From a virus (taxonomy: Duplodnaviria; Caudoviricetes), in the IMG/VR virus record IMGVR_UViG_3300035498_000356, positions 64,001 to 128,000 of that record: a DNA stretch of 64,000 bases; one strand, given 5' to 3'. A program made the translations under genes and the position numbers. Each line of letters begins with the position of its first letter. Positions within the stretch are counted from its first letter, which is position 1. Shown here one piece after another: positions 16,528 to 26,518 of this stretch. Under the pieces are notes generated by a model. It was given only the letters and a program-made list of their open reading frames with translations, ran no database searches and was not told where the DNA came from.

Positions 16528-19500
16528 ATGACTGAACAAGAATGGCTAGGCGATAATCAACTCTCATTAGATATTTGGAATAACAAATATAGATATAATA
16601 ATGAATCATTTGAAGATTGGCTAGACAGAGTAAGTGGAGGTGATAAAGAAGTTAAACAGTTAATTATTGATAAGAAGTTCTTATTTGGAGGTCGTACACT
16701 AGCTAATAGAGGTATTGAAGGAGCAGGTAGTTATTCTAATTGTTATTCAATTGGATTTGTTCCTGATTCATTGGAAGGTATAATGGATGTAGCTACTAAA
16801 ATAGCACTTACATTTAAAGCACAAGGAGGTCAAGGACTTTCCTTATCTAAAATACGTCCTAAAGGTTCTCTTATTAGAGGGCAATATGAATCAGATGGAA
16901 TTGTTCCATTTATGCATATTTTTAATACAGTTACTGAAAGTATTTCTCAAGGAGGTTCTAGAAAAGGTGCGTTATTAATGTCTCTTGATGCTACACATCC
17001 AGAAGCTCTTACTTTTATTAAAATTAAAGAAAATCCTAATGAGATTACTAAAGCTAATCTTTCCGTTGAGTGTTCGGATCATTTTATGAATAACATTTAT
17101 AGCAATGAAAAATACGCAGAAGTATTTAATGCTATATGTGAATCCGCTAGAAAAAGTGCAGAGCCAGGAATAATCTTTACAGATAGATTTCGTAATTATA
17201 ATCTTATGGAATTTGTAGATGATTATCAGATAGAGACTTGTAACCCCTGCGGAGAACAGCCGCTGCCTAAAAATGCTGCTTGTAATTTATCTTCTATTAA
17301 TCTTTCTGCATATGTAATTAATCCATATTCTGAAAGAGCATGTTTAAATGAGGATCAATTAGTAAATGATGTTTATACTATCGTAAAAGCTATGGATGAT
17401 GTACTAGAAGAAAATATAGAACGTCATGCTCTTAAAGAGCAACAAGACATGACTAAGAAATATCGTAATCTAGGAATAGGAATTATGGGATTGGCTGACT
17501 GTCTTGTTATGTTAGGAATTAAATATGGATCTAAACAAGCTTGTTATGTAGCATCTGATATAATACAAATTATATTTAGATCTGCTGTATATGCAAGTAG
17601 TGATTTGGCAGAAAAAAGAGGAAATTTTCCTGGGTATTCTGAAAAAATATGGGATTCTGAAATTATACAGCATAGTTTTACTGATGATGAAATCCTTAAA
17701 CTAAAAGAAAAGAATAAATTACGTAATTGTAGTCTTATTTCTATTGCTCCAACTGGGTCAAACTAATAGGCTCAGTATAAATTCCGTTAATTGCTGGAAC
17801 TTCCTTAAATTAGATAAACTACAACATAATCCGAAAGGATAAGTGTGAATGTTTGAAAATTATCTAAATTTTGATTTTTCTAAAAATATATGTATATTTA
17901 CTCATGATTTTTAGATATGAGCCTTAGGCTCAATATAATCGAAGATGGAAAATCAGCAACCATGTATCTAAATATTTTATATATGATATAGGGCTCAACG
18001 ACTAAATTTTGTACACTGTAAGCTGATGACAGTGGAAACACGGAAATTATTTTATATATGAGTAAAGTTAATATTACTAAAGAAGAATTAGAAGATTTGT
18101 ATATCAATTAGGAGTTATCAACTCGTGATATTGCAAAAAAATTAAATGTAGGGCAAACTACTGTAAGAAGATGGTTATCTAAATACGAAATTAAAACAAG
18201 AACGTCTAAAGAATCTAAAAATACATCTGTGTATCAAAAGAAAGTAGAACAACTTGCAGAAAGGTATAGAATTGAATATGTTAAAGACTATACTAAATTT
18301 TGTGAATGTTGTGGAAAAGAATTTCATGTTGATGGTAGACATAAAAACCAAAAGTATTGTTCTCCTGAGTGTGTTAGAAATTCAAAAGTTACCAGAGAAT
18401 CTAAAATATTAGAAACTGGAGAAAGAATTTATAAAAATACTTATACATGTGAATTATGTAATAAAGAATATACCTTTTGGAATCCTCGGTATTATAAAAG
18501 GCGTTTCTGCGATAATTGTTTATCACAACATAAATCAGACATATTTACTAATAAAATTACTACTACTTGCGGCTATTGTGGAAAAGATATAGAAGTAATT
18601 CTTAGTAGATTTTATAGTAATAAATATTGTTATTGTAATGTTAAATGTATGGCTGAACATTATGCTTAGATTTATACTGGTGAAAACTCTCCAACCTGGA
18701 AAGGAGGAGTAAATAAACATTACAAAGGAAATTGGTTACATCAATCAAAACTTTGTAGAGAACGTGATAATAATTGTTGTCAAATTTGCGGAAAAAGTTA
18801 TGAAGAAAATGATAATCATAACATGGATGTTCATCATATTAGAAAATATAGATTATTTGAAAATCCTGATGAAGCAAATAATTTAGATAATTTGATTTCT
18901 TTATGCCACTCTTGCCATAGTTTTATTCATTCTAATAGTAATATAGACAAATTGTATATTAAAGAATAATAAGATATAGTCTGATCTTATAGGAAACTAT
19001 AAGCTGTGGATAATTCCCGTATATGATGTTGCGAATCATATAGAACAAAATGCTATAGGAACCATGTTGAATATATCAACTGGTTGTGAACCTTTCTTTG
19101 CATTAAGCTATATTAGAAAGACCGTTTCTTTGAATAAAGAGGATACTTTTTATACGGTTGATATAAAAGCAGTAGAGGATTATAAAAGAATTACGGGAAA
19201 TGTTAAACTTCCTTCATATTTTGTAACTTCTGAAGAAATTCCGTATGAATCCAGAATTAATATGCAGGCAGCTTTGCAGGAATTTACTGATACAGCTATT
19301 TCAAGTACAGTAAATCTTTCTAGTGATACTACTGTTGATCAAATTAAAGATTTGTATATCAAAGCATGGAAAGCAGGATTAAAAGGGGTTACTATTTATG
19401 TTACAGGTAGTAGGGATCCAATTCTTAGTACAGATTCTAAGAAAGAATCTGAAGAAAAACCTGAAGTAGAAATATCTCAAGAATTTAGTCTTAATACTGA

Positions 19501-20056
19501 TAACGCTAAATCACAGTTAGATAACCCTCATGAACTTGAAAGAGGAGAAATTATCAAAGCTGGTAATGAATGTATTGGTCTTAAGCGGACTTTGATTACT
19601 GGTTGCGGCAGTTTACATTGTACGGCCTACTTTGACCCTTTTAATGGTGAATTACGGGAATGCTACCTTTCTAAAGGTAGTACAGGAGGTTGTAATAACT
19701 TTATGATTTCTCTTTCTCGTATGATTAGTCTTGCTGCCAGAGGTGGAATAAAGGTAGAAGATATTTTAGATCAACTTAAATCTTGTGGTGTTTGTCCATC
19801 ATATGCTGTTCGATCAGCAACCAAACGTGATACTTCTAAAGGTTCATGTTGTCCAGTCGCTGTTGGAGAAGCATTGAAAGAAATGTCAGAAGAAATGAAA
19901 ACATTAGTGAATACTAATCAAACTTCAACAATCGAAATAAAACAAAATGATGATAAATCAGAAGGAGCTGAATGTCCTAATTGTCATGAAATGACTTTAG
20001 TACATGTAGGTGGGTGTACTTCATGCACATCCTGCGGTTTTTCTCATTGTAGCTGA
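16528..20056 (+). CDS. nrdJ: Class II (B12-dependent) ribonucleotide reductase, join(16528..17758,19053..20056), 744 aa, with C-terminal TSCPD-like and Zn-ribbon domains
   Basis: FGGR, SNCY, SQGGSRKGA, TCNPCGEQPL, ACNLSSINL; splicing restores APTGS-IGTML..STGCEP; AISSTVN, KGVTIY; no nrdB nearby. Confidence 0.9.
17870..17900 (+). promoter_or_regulatory. Possible intron-internal promoter for the HNH ORF
   Basis: TTTG, 19-nt spacer, TATATTTA (1 mismatch to TAnnTTTG). Confidence 0.4.
18058..18969 (+). CDS. Intron-encoded HNH homing endonuclease, 303 aa, with two in-frame TAG (18109, 18667)
   Basis: HTH STRDIAKKLNVGQTTVRRWL; CxxC...YCSxxC zinc fingers; NSPTWKGG; CQICG...DVHHI...NLISLCHSCH; single frame from ATG to TAA if TAG is sense. 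Confidence 0.88.
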
Positions 20057-20060
20057 TATT

Positions 20061-20255
20061 ATGATTGTATTTAAAATACTATTACTGTTAATTAGTTTAT
20101 TTAAAATCTTTATTCTATCATCTAGTAAACTAATTGATGAATTATATGAAGTTTTAAAAGAATATCTTTCTTACGAACAACTTTTAGGAATTCAATCATT
20201 AGTAATTATGGATGGTGTAATAGAGTTAATTTGTGTACTATGGATGTTTATATAG
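20061..20255 (+). CDS. Small membrane protein
   Basis: Two hydrophobic segments; ATG at 20061 just after the nrdJ stop. Confidence 0.5.
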   Translation: MIVFKILLLLISLFKIFILSSSKLIDELYEVLKEYLSYEQLLGIQSLVIMDGVIELICVLWMFI

Positions 20256-20509
20256 TATATAATAATGACGACCTAATAAGAAAGTTGGGAGGTGCTTATA
20301 CATTGAAAGTATCTCCCTACTTTCATTTTATTAACGACCTAACAAAGAAAGGCAAGAAAGAAGCTTGGAAACTTAAACAAGAATTTGGAGCTAAGTTAAC
20401 TCCATTTGCAGTTGTCTATGAATCAGAAAAGCCAATTAAAGCCTTTTATTCAGAAACAGGAGAAGATATTATATCATCTCTTATTAAATACTTAAATGAT
20501 GGAAACTAA
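20240..20509 (+). CDS. Thioredoxin-fold-like protein lacking CxxC
   Basis: FGAKLTPFAVVY resembles the thioredoxin cis-Pro strand; adjacent to nrdJ. Confidence 0.45.
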   Translation: MDVYIVYNNDDLIRKLGGAYTLKVSPYFHFINDLTKKGKKEAWKLKQEFGAKLTPFAVVYESEKPIKAFYSETGEDIISSLIKYLNDGN

Positions 20510-20771
20510 CGAATTAGGATATGGATTTACAATTAATGAGACATTAACTAGATGGCTCAGAAAAGGTTTAAATCCACTTCCAGAATCTTATAAAGTTTTG
20601 TCTGTTTGGAAAGATAATATTTATATTGACAATATACTAGTTGATGGCAATAAAGATATAGAAAGTCTCGGTAAAGACGATATTGATGCTACTGCCAGAC
20701 TAGACATTTTTAAATACTTATATTATGCTGAAAATAATAGCAATACTACTTCTGATACAAGCAATACATAA
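20496..20771 (+). CDS. Hypothetical protein
   Basis: ORF track. Confidence 0.6.
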   Translation: MMETNELGYGFTINETLTRWLRKGLNPLPESYKVLSVWKDNIYIDNILVDGNKDIESLGKDDIDATARLDIFKYLYYAENNSNTTSDTSNT

Positions 20772-20961
20772 TCTTATATCAACTATTAAAGGAGTTGATA
20801 TTAACACAATACATCAATACGCAATAAATGAATATCCACAAATTCCAGAAAAAACACTACGAACAATATGTACACTTAGTATATATATTGCAGGAGCACT
20901 ATCCGGAATCGTTAATGGATTATTTATTTATGCGTCATATTATTTATTTTTCTTATGTTAA
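20725..20961 (+). CDS. Small membrane protein
   Basis: Two hydrophobic helices. Confidence 0.55.
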   Translation: MLKIIAILLLIQAIHNLISTIKGVDINTIHQYAINEYPQIPEKTLRTICTLSIYIAGALSGIVNGLFIYASYYLFFLC

Positions 20962-21176
20962 AACGTAGAGGATTATCTGGAATTTATATATTTGATAAAT
21001 TCCCTGGGGAAGAGAGAAGAGAACCAACATGTGTTGAAGATTGTCAAGAAGAGACAAGACATAAATGGTTGGATTCTTTAGAGAGAGAAGCATTGATTAA
21101 TACAATTGATCATCTTTGTGGAACCATTACTGCAATATCTGATAAATTTGGAATTATTTGTGGTAGTGAAGAATAA
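20955..21176 (+). CDS. Hypothetical phage protein
   Basis: ORF track. Confidence 0.65.
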   Translation: MLKRRGLSGIYIFDKFPGEERREPTCVEDCQEETRHKWLDSLEREALINTIDHLCGTITAISDKFGIICGSEE

Positions 21177-21183
21177 TTAAAAT

Positions 21184-21888
21184 ATGAAATATCTAATATT
21201 AGGAGATATTCATGGTCGAATTATTTGGAAAGATATAGTCTCTAAGGAAGATTTTGATAAAGTAATCTTCCTTGGAGACTATGTCTCTACGCATGAAGAC
21301 ATCTCAGCTAAACAGCAAATATCAAATCTTTTAGATATTCTTAAATATAAGTATAACAATCTTGATAAAGTAATACTATTACGAGGTAATCATGATATAC
21401 AACATCTCGGTTACTCATGGGCTGAGTGTTCTGGATATAATTCAGAAATAGGAAACTATATGTCTGAAAGTGTATTTAAAGAACGATTATTAAATCTTAC
21501 TCAATGGTGTTATATTGATGATGATTTGAAAATTATTTTTTCGCATGCTGGAGTATCTCAAGTTTGGTTAGATGATTCTGGAATTGAAGATGCTCATAAT
21601 ATAAATAGTTATGAGCCATCTCAATTATTTGGATTTACTCCTGATAATTATTTCGATAATTGTGGATATTCTAAAACACAACCGCTTACTTGGATTAGAC
21701 CTGAATCATTATGTATGTGTAATGTATTAGGATATACTCAAGTTGTCGGACATACTCCTTGTAAAAAGATAATTGAAGTTAATAAATCTACTAAAGGAAA
21801 TCAATCTATTTGGTTATGTGATACTTTAGGATACGGAGAATATTTAGTAATAGATGATGGAGAATTTAATGTTAAAAAATTTAAATAA
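21184..21888 (+). CDS. Ser/Thr phosphatase-like metallophosphoesterase
   Basis: GDIHG, LGDYV, RGNHD, SHAG, VGHT. Confidence 0.9.
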   Translation: MKYLILGDIHGRIIWKDIVSKEDFDKVIFLGDYVSTHEDISAKQQISNLLDILKYKYNNLDKVILLRGNHDIQHLGYSWAECSGYNSEIGNYMSESVFKERLLNLTQWCYIDDDLKIIFSHAGVSQVWLDDSGIEDAHNINSYEPSQLFGFTPDNYFDNCGYSKTQPLTWIRPESLCMCNVLGYTQVVGHTPCKKIIEVNKSTKGNQSIWLCDTLGYGEYLVIDDGEFNVKKFK

Positions 21889-21890
21889 TT

Positions 21891-22409
21891 ATGGAAATGC
21901 TAAAAGTAAATGTGATTAATAATTCTGAAAACAGCTTGCCTAAATATGAAACAGAAGGAGCAGCTGGACTAGATTTGCGTGCTAGTTTTAAATATGTTAC
22001 TCCTGATAATCCAATCAAATTATATGGAGATGGAGAAGTTTTATTTCCAGGAGATTCACATTCTAAGGCAATGTTAAGACTTGATCCAGGAAGTAGAGCA
22101 ATTATTCCTACTGATATGTCCATTGCAGTTCCTAAAGGATATTTCTGTGCTATTTATCCTAGAAGTGGTTATGCAATTAAGCATGGATTGGGATTAGTTA
22201 ACTCTGTTGGTGTTCTAGATGAGGATTATAGAGGTGTAGTGGGAATTCCAGTTATTAATCACGGTTTTGAACCTATTTGGATTGAAGATGGTGAACGTAT
22301 TGCACAGATGATTATTCAACCTTATGCTAAGATTGAATGGAATGAAGTTAGAAATTTAGATGAAACATCTAGAAATTCAGAAGGATTTGGAACTACTGGC
22401 TTAAAATAA
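21891..22409 (+). CDS. dut: dUTPase (trimeric)
   Basis: AAGLDL, PRSG, GVLDEDYRG, ERIAQ, RNSEGFGTTG. Confidence 0.95.
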   Translation: MEMLKVNVINNSENSLPKYETEGAAGLDLRASFKYVTPDNPIKLYGDGEVLFPGDSHSKAMLRLDPGSRAIIPTDMSIAVPKGYFCAIYPRSGYAIKHGLGLVNSVGVLDEDYRGVVGIPVINHGFEPIWIEDGERIAQMIIQPYAKIEWNEVRNLDETSRNSEGFGTTGLK

Positions 22410-22414
22410 TAACT

Positions 22415-22609
22415 ATGACTAATATTATTGACGAACTTAATTATAAAATCTATCATCATCTAGGTAAGAAATTATCTAAACTTGCATTAGAAGCATTAAA
22501 AGCTTTAAATTCTGTAATGCATTTTAGTGAAAAAGATATGGATGATTTACTTAATATTTACATGTCAGAATCATACGAACAGAATCGAAAGAGATTCTAC
22601 GAATGGTAA
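22415..22609 (+). CDS. Hypothetical protein
   Basis: ORF track. Confidence 0.55.
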   Translation: MTNIIDELNYKIYHHLGKKLSKLALEALKALNSVMHFSEKDMDDLLNIYMSESYEQNRKRFYEW

Positions 22610-22624
22610 TAACTATTTATTAAT

Positions 22625-22987
22625 ATGGGACTTGATATATTTTTTGATAAAAGAAGTAAACTTAATATAGGATATTTTAGGAAGGTTAATTTCTTGGTAT
22701 CATTCTTTGAAAATTTAGGATACAATTTAGATAATTGCGTTCCTATTAAAATTAAAAAAGAAGATATTGTAGAATTAATTAGTTTATGTTCACAAGTATT
22801 GAAGAATCATGATAAAGCAGAAGAATTGCTTCCAACGCATTCTGGATTCTTTTTTGGAAGTACTGAATATGATGATATGTATTTTGAAGATGTGTTTGAA
22901 GTATATAAATATTGTCAATTTGAATTACTTCCAGAATTCGATAAACTTAATAATACAGAATATATAACATTTACAATTGATTTTTAG
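22625..22987 (+). CDS. Conserved phage protein (MGLD...YFRKVN...GFFFGSTEYD type); TAG stop in frame with the next gene
   Basis: Recognisable phage family motifs. Confidence 0.75.
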   Translation: MGLDIFFDKRSKLNIGYFRKVNFLVSFFENLGYNLDNCVPIKIKKEDIVELISLCSQVLKNHDKAEELLPTHSGFFFGSTEYDDMYFEDVFEVYKYCQFELLPEFDKLNNTEYITFTIDF

Positions 22988-22990
22988 AAT

Positions 22991-23374
22991 ATGAAATTAG
23001 AACCACTTTTGCCACTTATTAAAAAGTATCAACGAGCTGCAAAGTCTGACGATTATACCGAAACTGATAGAATTGGAGAAGAATTAGAAGATGCTCTTTG
23101 TGAAGATCATAGAAGATTAAATTGTGAAATTACATTAAAATTCTCTACTGATTTGAGTGAATTAAATAGTCAAGATTGTAATTTTCTATCATATTTAACA
23201 GAGGATGATGTAATTGACCCATTGCAATCAGCGTCAACATATATTAATGAAAATATTGAATATTGTTATAATAATTCATATTTAGATAACAATGGAAGAA
23301 GTATCATTGTAAAAATAACTGATTCAACAGGTAAAGTAATATACCAAAATAAAATGAATGGTGTTAATTGGTAA
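22991..23374 (+). CDS. Hypothetical protein
   Basis: ORF track. Confidence 0.65.
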   Translation: MKLEPLLPLIKKYQRAAKSDDYTETDRIGEELEDALCEDHRRLNCEITLKFSTDLSELNSQDCNFLSYLTEDDVIDPLQSASTYINENIEYCYNNSYLDNNGRSIIVKITDSTGKVIYQNKMNGVNW

Positions 23375-23378
23375 AAAC

Positions 23379-23675
23379 ATGGATAAAGAAAAGTTTATAA
23401 GTTTGCTTAAAGAGCATGATTCTCAAGTAGAAAGAATTGATTTGCTTCAATCTATTGGATTAAATATATATGATTCTCCACTAATTGAATATGGTAATTT
23501 TATGTTTGACGAAGTTATTAAAGCATATTTTACTGAAGAAGGAGATGATTGGATTTCCTGGTTTATATATGAAAAAAATGGGGATCCAGAGATAAAAGCA
23601 TTTGATAATGGAAAAGAAATTCCATTGGAAACATATGATGATCTTTGGGAACTAGTAAAAGAATACATTAAATGA
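23379..23675 (+). CDS. Hypothetical phage protein
   Basis: ORF track 23358..23675; more likely start is MDKEKF. Confidence 0.65.
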   Translation: MDKEKFISLLKEHDSQVERIDLLQSIGLNIYDSPLIEYGNFMFDEVIKAYFTEEGDDWISWFIYEKNGDPEIKAFDNGKEIPLETYDDLWELVKEYIK

Positions 23676-23884
23676 TATTATATGCTGTACAATATAATGG
23701 ACCACTCACGAGTAATGTGTGGTCCATTATTCGTATTTATAAGGATGAGGATAAGGCAATAAGTTATTTAAATAAAGTAAAGAATAACTTTGAAGATAAT
23801 AATTATACAATGCCTAAATTAGAGATAACTAAAATTGATACAGATTCTAACTCGGATTACGTTTATGATTATGAAGAATGCTAA
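23672..23884 (+). CDS. Hypothetical protein
   Basis: ORF track. Confidence 0.6.
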   Translation: MILYAVQYNGPLTSNVWSIIRIYKDEDKAISYLNKVKNNFEDNNYTMPKLEITKIDTDSNSDYVYDYEEC

Positions 23885-23943
23885 AATATGATTATTTTTT
23901 AATATAATAATCTAAATGATATATTTAATTATAATATTAAATT

Positions 23944-24825
23944 ATGAAAATATTTGATAAAAATTCAGGAAACGAAATTAAGCCAAGATTACGTTCAAAA
24001 ATATCTGGAACAAATAGAGTAATTGAATGTACCCTAAAAGGACCCGATATTACTAACGTAATCTTTGGAGCAACTTCTAGAGGTATTATTGATGGAAGAG
24101 AAATTCCTGATGGAATTTCTTTTGATAATTGTGTATTTAATTATGTGGATTTTGAGACAATTTCAGAATGCACTTTCAAGAATTGTCACTTCAATAAGTG
24201 CTTATTTACTTCGATGAGAAATGTTGTATTAGAAAATTGTACTGGATATTTTTCTAAAGTAAAAAATTATTACAGTAACATTGTTCCTATACTATCAGGT
24301 AATTGTTCTTTTATTAATTGTAACGGATTGGAATTTGATGGATATATTGATTTTGATGATACTGTTATTAAGTCAATAAATTGCCCAGATCTAGACATAG
24401 CGTTGACCAGATCTGAACAGAGAAGAAAGGAGTATGAAGAAATAATACGTAAGACTAAAGAACTTCGCAAATCTATAAAGTATGGGTATAAAGTGGTTAC
24501 TGCACCAGTTCTTGTTAAATTATCATTTCCAGAAGAAGCTGAAATTGTAAACCTCGACAAAGATAAGAGTAGAGCTAATATGGCTTTTGTAGAAGCTGTC
24601 TATATTGTTAATGACTTTGGAAGAGAAGGAGTAACTAATAGGAGTTACTTGCCTTCATGTAATTATGAAGTTGGTAAGTTAGTGGTTCCAGATTCATATG
24701 ATCCGAATCCAAATAATTTGTGTGGACATGGAATACATTTCTGTAAAGATATTGAAAGTTTGTCTGAACATTCTTACGTGGATATAGATCAAATTAAAAA
24801 CATTAAAAAGAAATTAAATCTTTAA
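23944..24825 (+). CDS. Pentapeptide-like repeat protein with a DUF5758-like C-terminal domain
   Basis: FDNCVF/FKNCHF/LENCTG repeats; KSRANMA...YEVGKLV.PDSYD...CGHGIHF. Confidence 0.7.
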   Translation: MKIFDKNSGNEIKPRLRSKISGTNRVIECTLKGPDITNVIFGATSRGIIDGREIPDGISFDNCVFNYVDFETISECTFKNCHFNKCLFTSMRNVVLENCTGYFSKVKNYYSNIVPILSGNCSFINCNGLEFDGYIDFDDTVIKSINCPDLDIALTRSEQRRKEYEEIIRKTKELRKSIKYGYKVVTAPVLVKLSFPEEAEIVNLDKDKSRANMAFVEAVYIVNDFGREGVTNRSYLPSCNYEVGKLVVPDSYDPNPNNLCGHGIHFCKDIESLSEHSYVDIDQIKNIKKKLNL

Positions 24826-24850
24826 TATTAACTATAATATATTTTGAATT

Positions 24851-26056
24851 ATGCTTAATAAGTTTTTGTTAAGTAAAAGTTCTAATGGAAAATTTCGATT
24901 TGCCGTAATTGAATGTGATGAAGAATGGTATGATAAAGTACACGGATATGTCATTACTAAAAATTACGGACAAGTTTATGGGAAAACAACAGAAGCACCT
25001 TCTATAATTGTTAGTCAGACTAAACAGAAAAGAACTTGGAAAGAACAATATACTTTGCAATTTAATTCTGAAGTTAAAAAGTTTTTAGATAAAGGATATA
25101 AAGAAATTCCTAAACATCCTAATGAATATACACAAGAAGAATTATCAAATATATTTGGAGAGGTAGTTACTAATACTCAAGGTGTTATTAAGCCAATGTT
25201 AGCTAAACAATATGAGAAAGTTACTAATCCTAAAATATTTGATAATCAATGGATGGCTAGTAGAAAACTTGATGGTGTTAGATGTCTGATGTCATGGAAT
25301 GGATCAAAAATAATGACTAGTAGCAGGGGCGGCGAGCACTACAATTATTCTACTGAACATTTACGCACAAATGATGTATTAATTAAATTCTTTAAGAAGA
25401 ATCCTACTGCTATTTTAGACGGAGAACTATTTAAACGTGGTAAAACACTTCAAGCTATTAGCGGTGCTGCTAGAATGGAAAAAGATGCAGATACAGATTG
25501 GCTTCAATATTGGATATATGATGTATATGTTTCTGATAAACCTGAGCTTATAGCTAAAGAACGAAGTGATTTTCTAATAAGTGAATTTGGTCTTGATATT
25601 CCTCTGTATTATGGTCAAGAAGAATCAGAAGAACCAATATATTTACTAGAACAAACTCCTGTTCAAGGATGGAATAATATAGAAGCACTACATGATTCTT
25701 ATGTAGAAGCTGGATTTGAAGGTGTAGTTATACGAAATCCTAATAGACCTTATAAACCTAATGGCAGAACTAATGATATGATTAAAGTCAAAAAATATAA
25801 ATCTTCTGACTTTAAAGTAATAGGATATGAATTAGGTGTAAGAGGTTCTGAAGATATGTGTTTCATATGTGAATTACAAGATGGAAGAACATTCAAAGCA
25901 ATGCCAGTAGGGGATAGAATTACTAAAGATGAGTATGTAACAAACTTTGAATCTAAATATAATGGCCATTTAGTTGAATGCACATATTTTAATTATTCTG
26001 AGGATGGAATCCCAACTCAGCCTAAAGCCAGGATATTTAGGTTTGATTTAGAGTAA
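24851..26056 (+). CDS. ATP-dependent DNA ligase
   Basis: KPMLA, KLDGVR (adenylation Lys), LDGEL, EGVVIR, KVK motifs. Confidence 0.93.
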   Translation: MLNKFLLSKSSNGKFRFAVIECDEEWYDKVHGYVITKNYGQVYGKTTEAPSIIVSQTKQKRTWKEQYTLQFNSEVKKFLDKGYKEIPKHPNEYTQEELSNIFGEVVTNTQGVIKPMLAKQYEKVTNPKIFDNQWMASRKLDGVRCLMSWNGSKIMTSSRGGEHYNYSTEHLRTNDVLIKFFKKNPTAILDGELFKRGKTLQAISGAARMEKDADTDWLQYWIYDVYVSDKPELIAKERSDFLISEFGLDIPLYYGQEESEEPIYLLEQTPVQGWNNIEALHDSYVEAGFEGVVIRNPNRPYKPNGRTNDMIKVKKYKSSDFKVIGYELGVRGSEDMCFICELQDGRTFKAMPVGDRITKDEYVTNFESKYNGHLVECTYFNYSEDGIPTQPKARIFRFDLE

Positions 26057-26062
26057 AGTAAA

Positions 26063-26317
26063 ATGAGTAAAGTAGAGGAAATAATAGATGATCTTGGACT
26101 ATTTTGTGTAGAAGTAGAAAGGAATGTTCTAGATCGTTGTATACATATTACAGGAGGAAGTAGAAAATTAAAGAATTGTAAGATTGCATTCAGTCAAATA
26201 AATACAATCTTAGATGCTCTTCCGGATTGGGACTTATATTATTTTTATATTGATGAATCAAATCTTTGGAGTGCACAATTAAGACTTGATATTAAATTGT
26301 GTACAACCAATTCATAA
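26063..26317 (+). CDS. Hypothetical protein
   Basis: ORF track. Confidence 0.55.
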   Translation: MSKVEEIIDDLGLFCVEVERNVLDRCIHITGGSRKLKNCKIAFSQINTILDALPDWDLYYFYIDESNLWSAQLRLDIKLCTTNS

Positions 26318-26326
26318 TATTAAATT

Positions 26327-26506
26327 ATGCAATTAAAAATTACAAATCCTATCTCTGACAAATTAAAAATATATTGTGTTGAAAAAGAAGATGGTTTATA
26401 TTTTGATATAAAATATCTTTGTGAACTTAATATATTATCAAATGCATTCAATGTTAGTAATTTTAAAATAGACATGAATGCAGAAACATTAACATTTGAT
26501 ATATGA
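26327..26506 (+). CDS. Hypothetical protein (59 aa), below the ORF-track cutoff
   Basis: ATG..TGA ORF filling the intergenic gap: MQLKITNPISDKLKIYC... Confidence 0.5.
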   Translation: MQLKITNPISDKLKIYCVEKEDGLYFDIKYLCELNILSNAFNVSNFKIDMNAETLTFDI

Positions 26507-26518
26507 ATATTTCTGAAA

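Larger units (their letters stand above)
17759..19052 (+). mobile_element. Group I intron 4 (1294 nt) in nrdJ, carrying an HNH ORF in the P8 region
   Basis: P1 actgggt| pairs with gctcagt; P aattgctggaa; Q aatcagcaacc; R tcaacgactaa; S aagatatagtct; terminal G19052. Confidence 0.93.
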
